A stretch of DNA of 29,237 nucleotides from a bacterium (GCA_043728155.1 JAYTMX010000014.1:1-29237); one strand, 5' to 3'; numbered from the stretch's first letter, positions 8,163-18,394 are shown. Made by a program: numbers and translations. The notes: a model not told the origin generated them from the letters alone.

Positions 8163-10748
8163 ATGTCAAAAATATTTAAGGAAAAAAATAATAAAGATAA
8201 AGAAGTTTTGATGCTTATCGATAGTCATGCACTACTTCATCGTGGGTATCATGCTATGCAAAACTTTTTTACGAGAGACGGGCGCCCTACGGGCGCCCTA
8301 TATGGATTCCTTAAGATGATAATGTCAGGGAATGAATTAGTCAATCCTGATTACGTAATCGCTACGTATGACTTGCCAAAGCCCACATTTCGTCACCTGG
8401 CATATAACGCTTATAAAGGGACGAGACAAAAAAGTGATGATGACTTACGTGTTCAGATTAATCAATCCAAAGATTTTTGTAGAGCGCTGAATATTCCAAT
8501 TATGGAGATGGAGGGTTTTGAGGCAGACGATATGCTAGGAACTATATCTAAAATATATAGCGATAAATATAATATTATAATAGTAAGTGGTGACATGGAT
8601 ACACTGCAATTAGTTAATGAAAATGTAAAAGTGTGTACTCTTAAAAAAGCAGCAGAAGTAAGCGTATTTGGCGAAAAAGAAGTCTTTGATAAATATGAAT
8701 TAACCCCAAAACAAATACCAGACTACAAAGGTCTCGCTGGGGATGCTAGTGACAATATACCAGGAGTATCTGGTGTCGGCGAAAAGACGGCTATTAAAAT
8801 CTTAAAAGAATTTAAAACAGTAGAAAATTTGTACATAGAGATTAAAAAGGATGAAGTCAATAATTATGAAAATATTAACAAAATAATAAAAGGTAAAGTC
8901 TTTGAAAGTCTTAAAAATAGCGAAGAAGAGGCATTATTTTCTAAAACTCTCGCGACTATTATACTTGACGCTCCTATTGATCAAAAATTGTTTAATAATT
9001 TTATACACAGATTCGGTGTTGGTTATGATAAAGTAGAATATGAAAAGCTTTGTGATTTATATGAGCTTAAAAGTCTCAAAAATATTTTTAAAAAGAAAGA
9101 AGACATTAAAGATGGAAACAAAGAGAGTGATAATGTTGTGTTGGGAGCTGGATTAAGTGCAGCCAGTTTTGGTGGCGCCGAAGGCGCCGCTTTGGAAAAT
9201 TCAAAAAAAACCAAAACAGAAGAGAAGAAAATAGAAGTAAATTTATCAGAAAAAGAGATGGCAGAGTTACAAGTTATGAGTAGTGTGATTGAAAGTGAGA
9301 AAAATAACATATCTCTTGAAGATCTTAAAAATATACATAACATTGATGAAGCGCAAAATAATTTTGAAATAATAAAAAAAGTTCTAGAAGAAAAACTAAA
9401 AGACCAAATAAATAAAGAGTCAAAACTAGAAAAGGATGGTGGTTTAGAAAATAAAAGTGGACAAGTGATTTTAAGTTCTAGCTTTGAATATTATAAAAAG
9501 CTAGAAGAGCCCCTTTTTGAAATCTTAGAAAAGATGAGAGGTATAGGAGTATTGGTAGACAAAGAAGAGTTAGAAAAACAAAAAATATTTGTAAGGGATA
9601 TAATAGATAATTTACAAAAAGAAATACACATACTCGCCGGAAAAGAATTTTTAATATCTAGTCCAAAACAGCTGGGAGAAACTTTGTATGATCACATGGG
9701 CCTTGGTACTAAAATAAAAAAGACAGCTAGCGGGGCAAGGAGTACTAATGCTGATATGCTAGAAAGCATAAAAGAAGAGCATGTTATAGTGGGTAAAATA
9801 ATTAATTTTCGTGAAGTCTCGAAAGTATTTAATACATATATTGAGCCCCTTAATAACTTTATACTTGGTGATGGCCGTGTCCATCCGAGATTCCTTCAGG
9901 CTGGTGCCTCGACAGGTAGGTTTTCTTGCGAAAACCCCAACATGCAAAATATACCTCGTAATACTGAGATCGGTCTTGCTTTCCGCAAAGTTTTTATTGC
10001 AGATAAAAATAAAACTTTTATTTCAGCTGACTATTCACAGATAGATTTGCGTGCTGCCGCGATATTATCTGGTGATAAAAAATTAATGGAAATATTTAAT
10101 AATAATATAGATATTCATACCGGAGTCGCAGCGCAGGTATTAGGTAAAAAAATAGAAGAAGTAACAGATGAAGAAAGGAGAAAAGCCAAAGCAATTAACT
10201 TTGGTATATTATATGGCATGGGGGTGAGCGCACTTAAAGAGGCAATGCATACAGATAGGAAAACAGCTCAAGAATTCTATGATAATTTTAAAAATACTTT
10301 TTCAGAATTAATTGTTTATCTTGAAAATGTAAAATCGTTAGCTACTTTTAATGGTTACACCAGTACACTTTTTGGAAGAAGAAGACAGGTGCCGCTCCTT
10401 AAATCAAAATTACCTTTTATGAGGGCGCAAGGTGAACGCATAGCTATTAATGCACCAATACAGGGGACAAGTTCAGACATAATAAAACTTGGCATGATAC
10501 AAGTGAATAATATTTTAAATCCACAGACTAAAGACATTGAGATGGGTGCAAGAATTGAAAATAGTGAGATAAAAATGCTGCTGCAAATACATGATGAATT
10601 AGTTTTTGAATGCGACGCAGATAAAGTAGAAAAATATTCTAAAATAATAAGTGATGGCATGCAAAATGTTTTAGATAATTATGACATTAAAAACAGAGTA
10701 CCATTAAAAGTTAATATTGCTACTGGTAAAAGTCTATTTGAATTATAA
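8163..10748 (+). CDS. polA: DNA polymerase I (5'-3' exonuclease plus family A polymerase; no recognisable 3'-5' exonuclease motifs)
   Basis: EGFEADD, GDASDNIPGVSGVGEKTA, TGRFSCENPNMQNIP, ADYSQIDLR, KAINFGILYG, QIHDEL. Confidence 0.96.
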   Translation: MSKIFKEKNNKDKEVLMLIDSHALLHRGYHAMQNFFTRDGRPTGALYGFLKMIMSGNELVNPDYVIATYDLPKPTFRHLAYNAYKGTRQKSDDDLRVQINQSKDFCRALNIPIMEMEGFEADDMLGTISKIYSDKYNIIIVSGDMDTLQLVNENVKVCTLKKAAEVSVFGEKEVFDKYELTPKQIPDYKGLAGDASDNIPGVSGVGEKTAIKILKEFKTVENLYIEIKKDEVNNYENINKIIKGKVFESLKNSEEEALFSKTLATIILDAPIDQKLFNNFIHRFGVGYDKVEYEKLCDLYELKSLKNIFKKKEDIKDGNKESDNVVLGAGLSAASFGGAEGAALENSKKTKTEEKKIEVNLSEKEMAELQVMSSVIESEKNNISLEDLKNIHNIDEAQNNFEIIKKVLEEKLKDQINKESKLEKDGGLENKSGQVILSSSFEYYKKLEEPLFEILEKMRGIGVLVDKEELEKQKIFVRDIIDNLQKEIHILAGKEFLISSPKQLGETLYDHMGLGTKIKKTASGARSTNADMLESIKEEHVIVGKIINFREVSKVFNTYIEPLNNFILGDGRVHPRFLQAGASTGRFSCENPNMQNIPRNTEIGLAFRKVFIADKNKTFISADYSQIDLRAAAILSGDKKLMEIFNNNIDIHTGVAAQVLGKKIEEVTDEERRKAKAINFGILYGMGVSALKEAMHTDRKTAQEFYDNFKNTFSELIVYLENVKSLATFNGYTSTLFGRRRQVPLLKSKLPFMRAQGERIAINAPIQGTSSDIIKLGMIQVNNILNPQTKDIEMGARIENSEIKMLLQIHDELVFECDADKVEKYSKIISDGMQNVLDNYDIKNRVPLKVNIATGKSLFEL

Positions 10749-10777
10749 AGCTTATTTAAGCTACATATTTTAATTAC

Positions 10778-10806
10778 TTGACATAACCTAATAATTAGTA
10801 TATACT
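10778..10806 (+). promoter_or_regulatory. sigma70 promoter
   Basis: TTGACA 10778-10783, 17 nt, TATACT 10801-10806. Confidence 0.7.
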
Positions 10807-10855
10807 AAAAAAGTAAGTTTTTCGCCCTTTCAAAAATAAAATTTAGGAGAATCTA

Positions 10856-11287
10856 ATGTCTACAACAAAACCAAAGAATATTAAATGTCCAGTACTAACT
10901 TTATATAATGTAAAGTCAGAGCTTAAAAAAGCTGGAGTCAGAATCTATCTTCGCAATGGTACAAGTCTAGCAAGTTTAGATCCTGGCGTGTTTAATGCTA
11001 AGACTCAATATGCAAAATTAGATCAAAATTGTAAATCAGAAGACATTGCAGTTAGTCTTAAAAATATTAGCCAATCATCTGCAGGCCTATTAAGTTTAGC
11101 TAGGGTATTAATTGAAGATCCAAGCATTTTCGATAATATCTCCCTTTATATTCAAAATAAAGAAGCTAATCCAAAAGGTGATTTCACCTATGCGTTCGCG
11201 CGTCGCTGGAATGGAGGACGCATTCTGCGTGTTGATCGTGATGGAGGCAGGATCGCTGGTAATATTTTTTTGGTTAACCCTATTTGA
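10856..11287 (+). CDS. Hypothetical protein, possible remote DGR-type target
   Basis: 143 aa with SD AGGAG; GC-rich 3' end (AFARRWNGGRILRVDRDGGRIAGNIFLV); followed by a hairpin at about 11322-11343 and a T-run. Confidence 0.7.
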   Translation: MSTTKPKNIKCPVLTLYNVKSELKKAGVRIYLRNGTSLASLDPGVFNAKTQYAKLDQNCKSEDIAVSLKNISQSSAGLLSLARVLIEDPSIFDNISLYIQNKEANPKGDFTYAFARRWNGGRILRVDRDGGRIAGNIFLVNPI

Positions 11288-11454
11288 TTTATTTTTTTAT
11301 TTGGTGATATTTGGTGACTGGCCCCGAGCATATGCGAGGGGCTTTTCTTTTTGTATTTATTTGTTTTCATTTTTCTATATTTATATTTTTAAAAATGTTA
11401 TAATTAATCTAAAAAATTATTTTTGCATATAGCAAAAATATAAATTATAACATT

Positions 11455-12105
11455 ATGTTAATACTAAAAGTCGGAACAGAATTAAAAATAAGGGAGAAAG
11501 CTAATAAATATATTAGAGATAATTTTATTATAGAAAATAATTCAGAAAATAAAGACATAAAAAAAATACCAGAATATTTTGTAAAAAAAGTTTTAAATAA
11601 AGAAGAATTAGCCAGTATACCACAACATTTTGAAGTAGATATTTTTGGAGATAAAAGTATTATATATTTAGAAAATTGGAATAATGAGGATTACAGAGAT
11701 TATGTATATAAATATTTGGAAGAAATAAGAGATAGTAAAAATATTTTTGTAATAGACGAAGTAGATATATTAGATGCGAGCTTTAATAAGATAGCTAAGT
11801 ATGCCTATAAAGATACTATTTTTGATGCCAGGGAAGATAAGGTAAAAGAGAGTGCATTTTACTTTGCAGATTTATTTTTGATGAGGAAAAGGGGAGAGGC
11901 ATGGACTGAGTATTTTAGATTATTAGAAGCTGATGAGCCGATAGAAAGTATTGCTGGAGCGCTAATATACAAGATAAAAGTAAGTAGAATGAATAATAGC
12001 TTAAAAAGTGAATTCATGTATAAAATAATAAGTATAGTAGCCCTAGATCACGATGGTAAATTAAATGCAGAATTAGAATTTGAAAAGCTTATTTTGTCTT
12101 TATAA
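11455..12105 (+). CDS. Probable DNA polymerase III delta (HolA)-like protein
   Basis: 216 aa; DIFGDKSIIYL and FVIDE segments resemble short CPR HolA-like proteins. Weak recognition. Confidence 0.5.
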   Translation: MLILKVGTELKIREKANKYIRDNFIIENNSENKDIKKIPEYFVKKVLNKEELASIPQHFEVDIFGDKSIIYLENWNNEDYRDYVYKYLEEIRDSKNIFVIDEVDILDASFNKIAKYAYKDTIFDAREDKVKESAFYFADLFLMRKRGEAWTEYFRLLEADEPIESIAGALIYKIKVSRMNNSLKSEFMYKIISIVALDHDGKLNAELEFEKLILSL

Positions 12106-12156
12106 AATAAAATTTTTAGACTTGATTTTAATTATTTTATTTGTTATAAATAATGT

Positions 12157-12813
12157 ATGAAAAATAACAAAAAAGACACAAACGAAGACGGAGTAGTAGA
12201 GATAAATCTAGAAGATTTAGACACTCCAAAAGTTGCAGGTCAAAATACTGATTCAGAAAGTAGTGAAAGTGAAGTAGAAGAATTTGTAGATCTGGGCGAT
12301 GATGGTGAAGAGCTGTCCAAAAAAGATATAGTTAAAAAGTTACGAGAGAAAATAAAAATATTAGAAGTAGAGAAGCAGAATAATCTTGACGGCTGGATGA
12401 GGTCACAGGCGGATTATAAAAACAGAGAAATACAAATAGAAAAAGATAAAAAAGAATGGGGCGGTTATGCTGTTAAAAAGTATACAGAAGATCTGCTAGT
12501 AGTAATGGATACATACGACGCAGCTAGAAGTAATAGGCAAGCATGGGAAAGCGTCGACGCTAATTGGCGTGGAGGTATCGAGTATATATTTCAGACTTTT
12601 GAAAATAAATTATTAGAACAAGGTTTTGAAAAGTTCGGATCAGAAGGGGAAACTTTTAATCCAGAAATTCATGAGGGTCTAGGAACTACAAAAATAGAAG
12701 ATGAGGTAGAAGTGAGTAGAAAAGAAAATACTATTTCGCAAGTAATCATGTCAGGATATAAATACAAAGGGCAAATATTCCGCGCCGCAAAGGTGAAGGT
12801 GTATTCAAAGTAG
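12157..12813 (+). CDS. grpE: Nucleotide exchange factor GrpE
   Basis: RSQADYKN, GETFNPEIHEGL, GYKYKGQIFRAAKVKV; upstream of dnaK. Confidence 0.92.
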   Translation: MKNNKKDTNEDGVVEINLEDLDTPKVAGQNTDSESSESEVEEFVDLGDDGEELSKKDIVKKLREKIKILEVEKQNNLDGWMRSQADYKNREIQIEKDKKEWGGYAVKKYTEDLLVVMDTYDAARSNRQAWESVDANWRGGIEYIFQTFENKLLEQGFEKFGSEGETFNPEIHEGLGTTKIEDEVEVSRKENTISQVIMSGYKYKGQIFRAAKVKVYSK

Positions 12814-12826
12814 ATTTTATAAAAAT

Positions 12827-13336
12827 ATGGAAGAAGCTAAAAAGAAAATAGCCTATATAGATGCTGCAAATATTATCCTAGCTTTAAAAAGTATTGACTT
12901 AGAAGTTGATTTTTTAAAACTTAAAATATTTTTAGAAGATAAATTTAGATTAGATGAGGTGTATTATTTTACTGCAGACTTAGAGAAATTGAAAGAGAGC
13001 ATTCTTAGCCTGAGAGAGAATAATTTTAACGTAATAACTAAAAGTGTTTATTTTGAAAACCACAAAACAAAAGCAAATTGTGACGTAGAGATATCACATT
13101 ATATAACAAAACATGTTGAGAATAATGAGGTATCAGAAATTATTTTACTTAGTGGCGATGGTGATTTTTCTATGTTACTTGATTATGCAAAAAGTAAAAA
13201 TATAGAAGTTAAACTAATGCCAGCTAATAAAAAATCAACTTCTAAAATATTAAAAACAAAGAAGTTTTTAAAGATCTTCTTCATAGAAGAGCTAATATCT
13301 AAATTTGAAAAAGAAAAGACCCCGGTAAGCACTTAG
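12827..13336 (+). CDS. NYN domain (LabA/DUF88, PIN-like) putative ribonuclease
   Basis: YIDAANI, KANCDVEI, LSGDGDF acidic catalytic motifs. Confidence 0.88.
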   Translation: MEEAKKKIAYIDAANIILALKSIDLEVDFLKLKIFLEDKFRLDEVYYFTADLEKLKESILSLRENNFNVITKSVYFENHKTKANCDVEISHYITKHVENNEVSEIILLSGDGDFSMLLDYAKSKNIEVKLMPANKKSTSKILKTKKFLKIFFIEELISKFEKEKTPVST

Positions 13337-13392
13337 CTTACAAGGGTTTCTTTTCGATATATTAAGTATAGCAAATTAAAGACTTTTGTCAA
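13308..13392 (-). ncRNA. Putative antisense hairpin sRNA with its own promoter
   Basis: Minus-strand TTGACA (13392-13387), 16 nt, TGcTATACT (hexamer 13370-13365), then a long hairpin (13313-13355) and a U-rich tail. Confidence 0.45.
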
Positions 13393-13438
13393 ATTGTTAG
13401 ACATGCTATAATATATTTAGAAAAATATTTAATTAAAA

Positions 13439-13768
13439 ATGCAAATTACTATACAAAAACATTTTTTAATATTAGTAGAAGTATCACATGATGTATATAG
13501 TTTTTTTGTTGTGATTGTTAATTATGTATTTACTTTTGTAGAAGAGAAAATAGAAGAAGTAAAAAGTGAAGTAAGTAAGTTTTATAAAGATACTTTGGAA
13601 AAAGTTGGGAGAGCTTTTAATTTTATACGTGCTTTATTTGGTTTTAATATTTATAAATTTAATTTGCTACAGATTAAAACGAAAACAAATTTTAATAATA
13701 ATTTTATAAAAAATAGAAATCAAGATTTTTTAATATATTCTAACCTACTCGCCCCACCGATAAATTAA
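13439..13768 (+). CDS. Small hypothetical ORF upstream of dnaK, ending LLAPPIN
   Basis: 109-aa AT-rich ORF after TGcTATAAT (13407-13412); could be spurious. Confidence 0.45.
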   Translation: MQITIQKHFLILVEVSHDVYSFFVVIVNYVFTFVEEKIEEVKSEVSKFYKDTLEKVGRAFNFIRALFGFNIYKFNLLQIKTKTNFNNNFIKNRNQDFLIYSNLLAPPIN

Positions 13769-13888
13769 AATAAATATCAATTTCTTCAAAGCCTCTTAAT
13801 CCCAAAGGGAACCCTACGAGCTCTTTTCAGAAATTATATTTATTTAAATTTATAAATTAAAAGTATTAAATAAAAACAAAACAAATAT

Positions 13889-15826
13889 ATGGCAAAAATA
13901 ATCGGAATAGACCTAGGAACAACAAATAGTGCGGTAGCTATAATGGAAGGAGGTGTACCAAAAATAATTGAGAACTTAGAAGGTGCGCGTACTACACCAT
14001 CAGTAGTTAGTGTGTCTAAAAATGGTGACAGGACAGTAGGAGCGGTTGCAAAGCGTCAAGCAGTAATGAACCCAAAAGATACAATATACGGAGTCAAGAG
14101 ATACATGGGGCATGAATTCACAGACAAAGAAGTAAGTGATGATGTTGGCCGCGTATCATACGAAGTTAAAAAGGGCGAGAATAACGGAGTATTAGTAAAT
14201 ATAGGAGGCAAAGACATGCGTCCAGAAGAAATATCAGCAATGATATTACAAAAAATAAAAGCTGACGTCGAAGCAAAGACAGGTGAAAAAATAACTGAAG
14301 CAGTAATCACTGTGCCAGCATACTTTAACGATGCGCAGCGTCAGGCAACAAAAGACGCGGGTGCAATAGCTGGCCTTGACGTTAAGCGTATTATTAATGA
14401 GCCGACAGCTGCAGCTCTTGCTTATGGGTTCACAGAAAAGGCTCATGCAAAGCTCGCGGTATACGACTTTGGAGGTGGAACATTTGATATATCAATACTC
14501 GAGATGGGTGATGGGGTAGTTGAAGTAAAAGCAACTGGTGGGGACTCACACCTTGGAGGTCGTGACATTGATATCGAAATTGTAAGCTATATCAAAGATC
14601 AATTTAAAAAAGAAACTGGAATAGATCTAAGTTCTGATTCGCTCGCTATGCAAAGACTGGACGAGGCAGCAGAAAAAGCTAAGCATGAATTATCAACACA
14701 GGTTGAAAGTAAAATCTTTTTACCATACATCTCAGTTGGGGCTGAGGGTCCAAAGAATTTGGATGTTACGCTAACTCGCGCACAGCTAGAAAATATTGCA
14801 AGATCATTTGTAGAGAGGTCAATTAAAATTACCGAGCAAACTCTCAAAGATTCTGGAATGTCAAAAGCAGATATAAACGAGATAATCATGGTAGGAGGTC
14901 AGACTCGTATGCCGATGATAGTTGAAGCAGTTAAAAACCTATTTGGTAAAGAACCAAATAGGTCAGTTAATCCTGACGAAGTAGTAGCTCTTGGTGCTGC
15001 AGTGCAGGCAGGAGTATTGCAGGGTGACGTTAAAGATGTTCTACTATTAGATGTTATCCCTCTTTCTCTTGGTATCGAGACCATGGGTAATGTCGCTACT
15101 AAGCTCGTAGAGAAAAATACTACAATACCAACAAGTAGGTCACAGACTTTTTCTACAGCAGCAGATAATCAGACTAGTGTGGAGATTCATATTGTCCAAG
15201 GTGAGAGACCAATGGCACCTGATAATAAGTCACTGGGCAGATTCATTCTCGATGGTATTCCACCAGCACCGCGTGGTATGCCACAGGTAGAAGTTACTTT
15301 TGACGTGGATGCTAATGGAATCTTAAATGTAAAAGCAAAAGACAAGACAAGCGGTAAAGAGCAGACAATTAGAATCGAAGCTAGTTCAGGATTATCAAAA
15401 GAAGATATAGCAAAAATGCAAGCTGACGCAGACGCTAATGCTACCGAGGATGCAAAGAAAAAAGAATTCGCAGAGGCTAAAAATATGAGTGATCAACTAA
15501 TACACACTGCAGAAAAATCACTACATGATGCAGGAGATAAAGTTAGTGCTGATATAAAAGCAGAGATATTAGCTGATATATCAGAACTAAAACAAGCAAA
15601 AGAAAGTGGTGACCTAGTAAAGCTAAATGATGCGAGCGCAAAATTAAATACATCAATGATGAAAATCGGCGAAGCGATGAAGCAAGCTAATGATGCAAGT
15701 GCGGCAGCAACTAATGCCACAGACGGAAGCTCCGGAGAAACAAATCCAAATGACGCTAAAGATACTGAAAATAAATCAGATGGTACAAGCGCAAATGAGA
15801 GAGGTGGAAATAGTGAGAGCAAATAG
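13889..15826 (+). CDS. dnaK: Chaperone DnaK (Hsp70)
   Basis: [45 protein letters not shown]. Confidence 0.98.
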   Translation: MAKIIGIDLGTTNSAVAIMEGGVPKIIENLEGARTTPSVVSVSKNGDRTVGAVAKRQAVMNPKDTIYGVKRYMGHEFTDKEVSDDVGRVSYEVKKGENNGVLVNIGGKDMRPEEISAMILQKIKADVEAKTGEKITEAVITVPAYFNDAQRQATKDAGAIAGLDVKRIINEPTAAALAYGFTEKAHAKLAVYDFGGGTFDISILEMGDGVVEVKATGGDSHLGGRDIDIEIVSYIKDQFKKETGIDLSSDSLAMQRLDEAAEKAKHELSTQVESKIFLPYISVGAEGPKNLDVTLTRAQLENIARSFVERSIKITEQTLKDSGMSKADINEIIMVGGQTRMPMIVEAVKNLFGKEPNRSVNPDEVVALGAAVQAGVLQGDVKDVLLLDVIPLSLGIETMGNVATKLVEKNTTIPTSRSQTFSTAADNQTSVEIHIVQGERPMAPDNKSLGRFILDGIPPAPRGMPQVEVTFDVDANGILNVKAKDKTSGKEQTIRIEASSGLSKEDIAKMQADADANATEDAKKKEFAEAKNMSDQLIHTAEKSLHDAGDKVSADIKAEILADISELKQAKESGDLVKLNDASAKLNTSMMKIGEAMKQANDASAAATNATDGSSGETNPNDAKDTENKSDGTSANERGGNSESK

Positions 15827-15901
15827 AGTAAAAAATTAGGTTATTAACTAATAAAACAACATGATAAATGTTGTTTTATTTTTTTGTGATATAATATACC
15901 A

Positions 15902-16765
15902 ATGAAAATAAACTTTGATTTAAAATTTTATAAAATAGTAAGTATAATTCTTTCTTTAATTTCTCTTGCTTTGATCTTATACATGTTTAAAAGTAATAGT
16001 GAAGGCAATGTAATATCTCAGAAAGAATTTTATGAAAAAACTAGCTCAATATCAAATGTAAATGAAGCAAAAGAAAATGAAATAAAAGTTGAATATGCTT
16101 GGGAAAAACATAAATTAGAAGCATGCGCGGGACCTTCTGCATCGGAATCAGAAGTGGAATTTGCTTCTAGCTCACCAGAAATTAATGGGTATAAAGTTTT
16201 ATTAGACTGTAGTAAAGAGACTTACAATCAAGGACCAGGAAAGAAAGATGAATCTTTTTATATCTTAGATATTAAAAATAATATAAAGTATTATATATAT
16301 AATGAAGTTAAATATTTAGTGGGCTCACCTGTAATATTAGGAGTACAAGATAAAAATATTTTCATAAGTTATTGTTACGAGAGTTGTGGACGTAAGCAGA
16401 TGCTTTCTTTGGGTGAATCTTCTGAAAGAAACGAGAACGTAAGAAGCGTCTTTCCTTACCACATAGGAGAGATTCTTGACAGAAACAAAATTTACTCACA
16501 TGATTTATTTGTTTTAAATAATAAAGTTGTAGTAGTGTATGAAAATAAAATATATGAATTCAATTCAAATAACTTTACCTTAAAAGTTTTAAAAGAAATA
16601 GACGCAGATAAGGTTTTTGGAAGATATGGTGGAATGGGTGGAGAATTTTATGCTGACTACAAAATAGATGGTAATTTTATAAAGTATAATATTTACAAAA
16701 AAGATGAAGTTATTGATGATAAGGATGGTAAACCTGTAAATGTTGGGACTTTTGAAGTTAGATAA
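15902..16765 (+). CDS. Membrane-anchored hypothetical protein
   Basis: 287 aa; N-terminal TM (IVSIILSLISLALILYMF); Cys pairs. Confidence 0.8.
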   Translation: MKINFDLKFYKIVSIILSLISLALILYMFKSNSEGNVISQKEFYEKTSSISNVNEAKENEIKVEYAWEKHKLEACAGPSASESEVEFASSSPEINGYKVLLDCSKETYNQGPGKKDESFYILDIKNNIKYYIYNEVKYLVGSPVILGVQDKNIFISYCYESCGRKQMLSLGESSERNENVRSVFPYHIGEILDRNKIYSHDLFVLNNKVVVVYENKIYEFNSNNFTLKVLKEIDADKVFGRYGGMGGEFYADYKIDGNFIKYNIYKKDEVIDDKDGKPVNVGTFEVR

Positions 16766-16807
16766 ATTAAATTTGTTAATTGTTATTAAATTAATTATCA
16801 ACAACAT

Positions 16808-16838
16808 AAAAAGCGCGGACCGAAGGTCTGCGCTTTTT
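16808..16838. terminator. Palindrome with GAA loop
   Basis: AAAAAGCGCGGACC-GAA-GGTCTGCGCTTTTT (one G.T pair). Confidence 0.7.
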
Positions 16839-16999
16839 GTCATTTTTAAAATTTGACAGAGAGAGCAATTATGATACTATATACTTGGTCCAATTCGACA
16901 CACTTAATAATAAATTGTTTAGACTTTCGAAAGATAGTTTATATATTTTTTGTAAAGTGAATATGATTGGTTGTACATTTTTCTTAGGAGTTAAAAACA

Positions 17000-17881
17000 A
17001 TGTTTAAAAAATCTACCGATACTGGAAAGTTATTTCTGGAGATAGGTAAGTTGCCCAAAGCAACCTTTTTCATCATCATCTTCATGGTAATTATTTTGTC
17101 TACTTTCTCTGTAGTCCCTGAAGGTTCGCGAGGAATCAAAACTCGCTTCTCTGAGGCAATAGGACAAACTAATCAAGGTATACAATTTAAGGTACCAATT
17201 ATTGAGTCTATACATAGTATCAGTATTATGGCTGATGCTGTTGAAGTCAAAGATGCAGAGGGTTCTACAAGCGATACACAACCTGTGCATACAACATTTG
17301 TGGTCCGCTACAATATTCGTGAAAACGCAGCACTCACAGTATACAAAGAGTACTCACGAGTTGGTGATATAGATAATTTTGTCACTACAGCTTCATACGA
17401 AGCTTTTAAAGCAGTAACTGCTAAGTACAAAGCCGACGAACTAATAAGCAAAAGAGCAGAGGTGAGCCAAAGCGTTTTTTCTGCAATTCAGTCTCGTGTT
17501 GAAAAATATGGGGCTGTTGTACTGAATGTTGATATGACTAATTTCTCCTTTGCTCCTGATTACATGAAGGCTATTAGCGCTAAAGTTACAGAAGAGCAGC
17601 AGAAATTAGCTGAACTAAACAAGTTAGAGCGTTTGAAGGTGGAGAATCAGCAGCGTGTTGTTGCAGCAAATGCAGACGCAGAAGCAACTGTTGCTGCTGC
17701 CAAAGCACAAGCAGAGTCAATACGTTTACAAAGTAAAGCTCTTGCTGAAAGTCCTCAGTTCCTTGAGCTTCGCCGCCTTGAAGTTGAGATGGCAAAAGCT
17801 GGTAAATGGAATGGTTCGCTGCCGACTCATGTTCTTGGGGGTGTAACGCCTTTTATGGACATATCTCGATCTAAGAAATAA
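17000..17881 (+). CDS. SPFH/band 7/prohibitin family membrane protein
   Basis: N-terminal TM, VVPEGSRGIKTRF, GIQFKVPII, Ala/Glu coiled-coil C-terminus; SD AGGAG. Confidence 0.88.
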   Translation: MFKKSTDTGKLFLEIGKLPKATFFIIIFMVIILSTFSVVPEGSRGIKTRFSEAIGQTNQGIQFKVPIIESIHSISIMADAVEVKDAEGSTSDTQPVHTTFVVRYNIRENAALTVYKEYSRVGDIDNFVTTASYEAFKAVTAKYKADELISKRAEVSQSVFSAIQSRVEKYGAVVLNVDMTNFSFAPDYMKAISAKVTEEQQKLAELNKLERLKVENQQRVVAANADAEATVAAAKAQAESIRLQSKALAESPQFLELRRLEVEMAKAGKWNGSLPTHVLGGVTPFMDISRSKK

Positions 17882-17953
17882 CCAATGCAATACTAGCACG
17901 GGCCCCGTTAAATGTTAAATCATTTCGGGGGTTTTTTATTTATGTATTTATCA

Positions 17954-17994
17954 ACAAAAGAAAACGCGCGCCGTAGGTGCGCGTTTTCTTTTGT
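17954..17994. terminator. 19-bp palindrome with GTA loop
   Basis: ACAAAAGAAAACGCGCGCC-GTA-GGTGCGCGTTTTCTTTTGT (one G.T pair). Confidence 0.7.
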
Positions 17995-18019
17995 GTTATA
18001 ATTTGATAAGAATAAAATT

Positions 18020-18394
18020 ATGAAGCCTACACTCCGTATAGAAGTATTAAAAGAGAAGACAAATATTATTTATATCGATAATGGTACTAGACTTTTTGAA
18101 TATGTATCTAGTATCGGTGAAGATAAAATAATTAAAAATAATTTTTCTGAAAAGATTGCTAATGATTGGATGGGTTATATTATTTGGTGTCTAGAATCTG
18201 TGTCATATGTTGATCGTATCCCCGAAGAGTTTTTATTATTAGTTAATGATAACTCGACCTGGTATAAAAGTGTACTGAGTAGATATAGTTATGCACAGTT
18301 TTTTATAAAAAATAAAAAGCCGCATGTTATAATAGAAGGAGATATACACAACTATGAACGACATAAAAAAGTCTTCTCGCAATTTAAAATATAA
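18020..18394 (+). CDS. Hypothetical protein
   Basis: 124-aa ORF with a promoter-like TATAAT upstream; overlaps the next gene by 41 nt. Confidence 0.65.
   Translation: MKPTLRIEVLKEKTNIIYIDNGTRLFEYVSSIGEDKIIKNNFSEKIANDWMGYIIWCLESVSYVDRIPEEFLLLVNDNSTWYKSVLSRYSYAQFFIKNKKPHVIIEGDIHNYERHKKVFSQFKI

Noticed and set aside
12100-13888. CIRCE/HrcA operator for grpE-dnaK
   Set aside because: No TTAGCACTC-N9-GAGTGCTAA match was seen.
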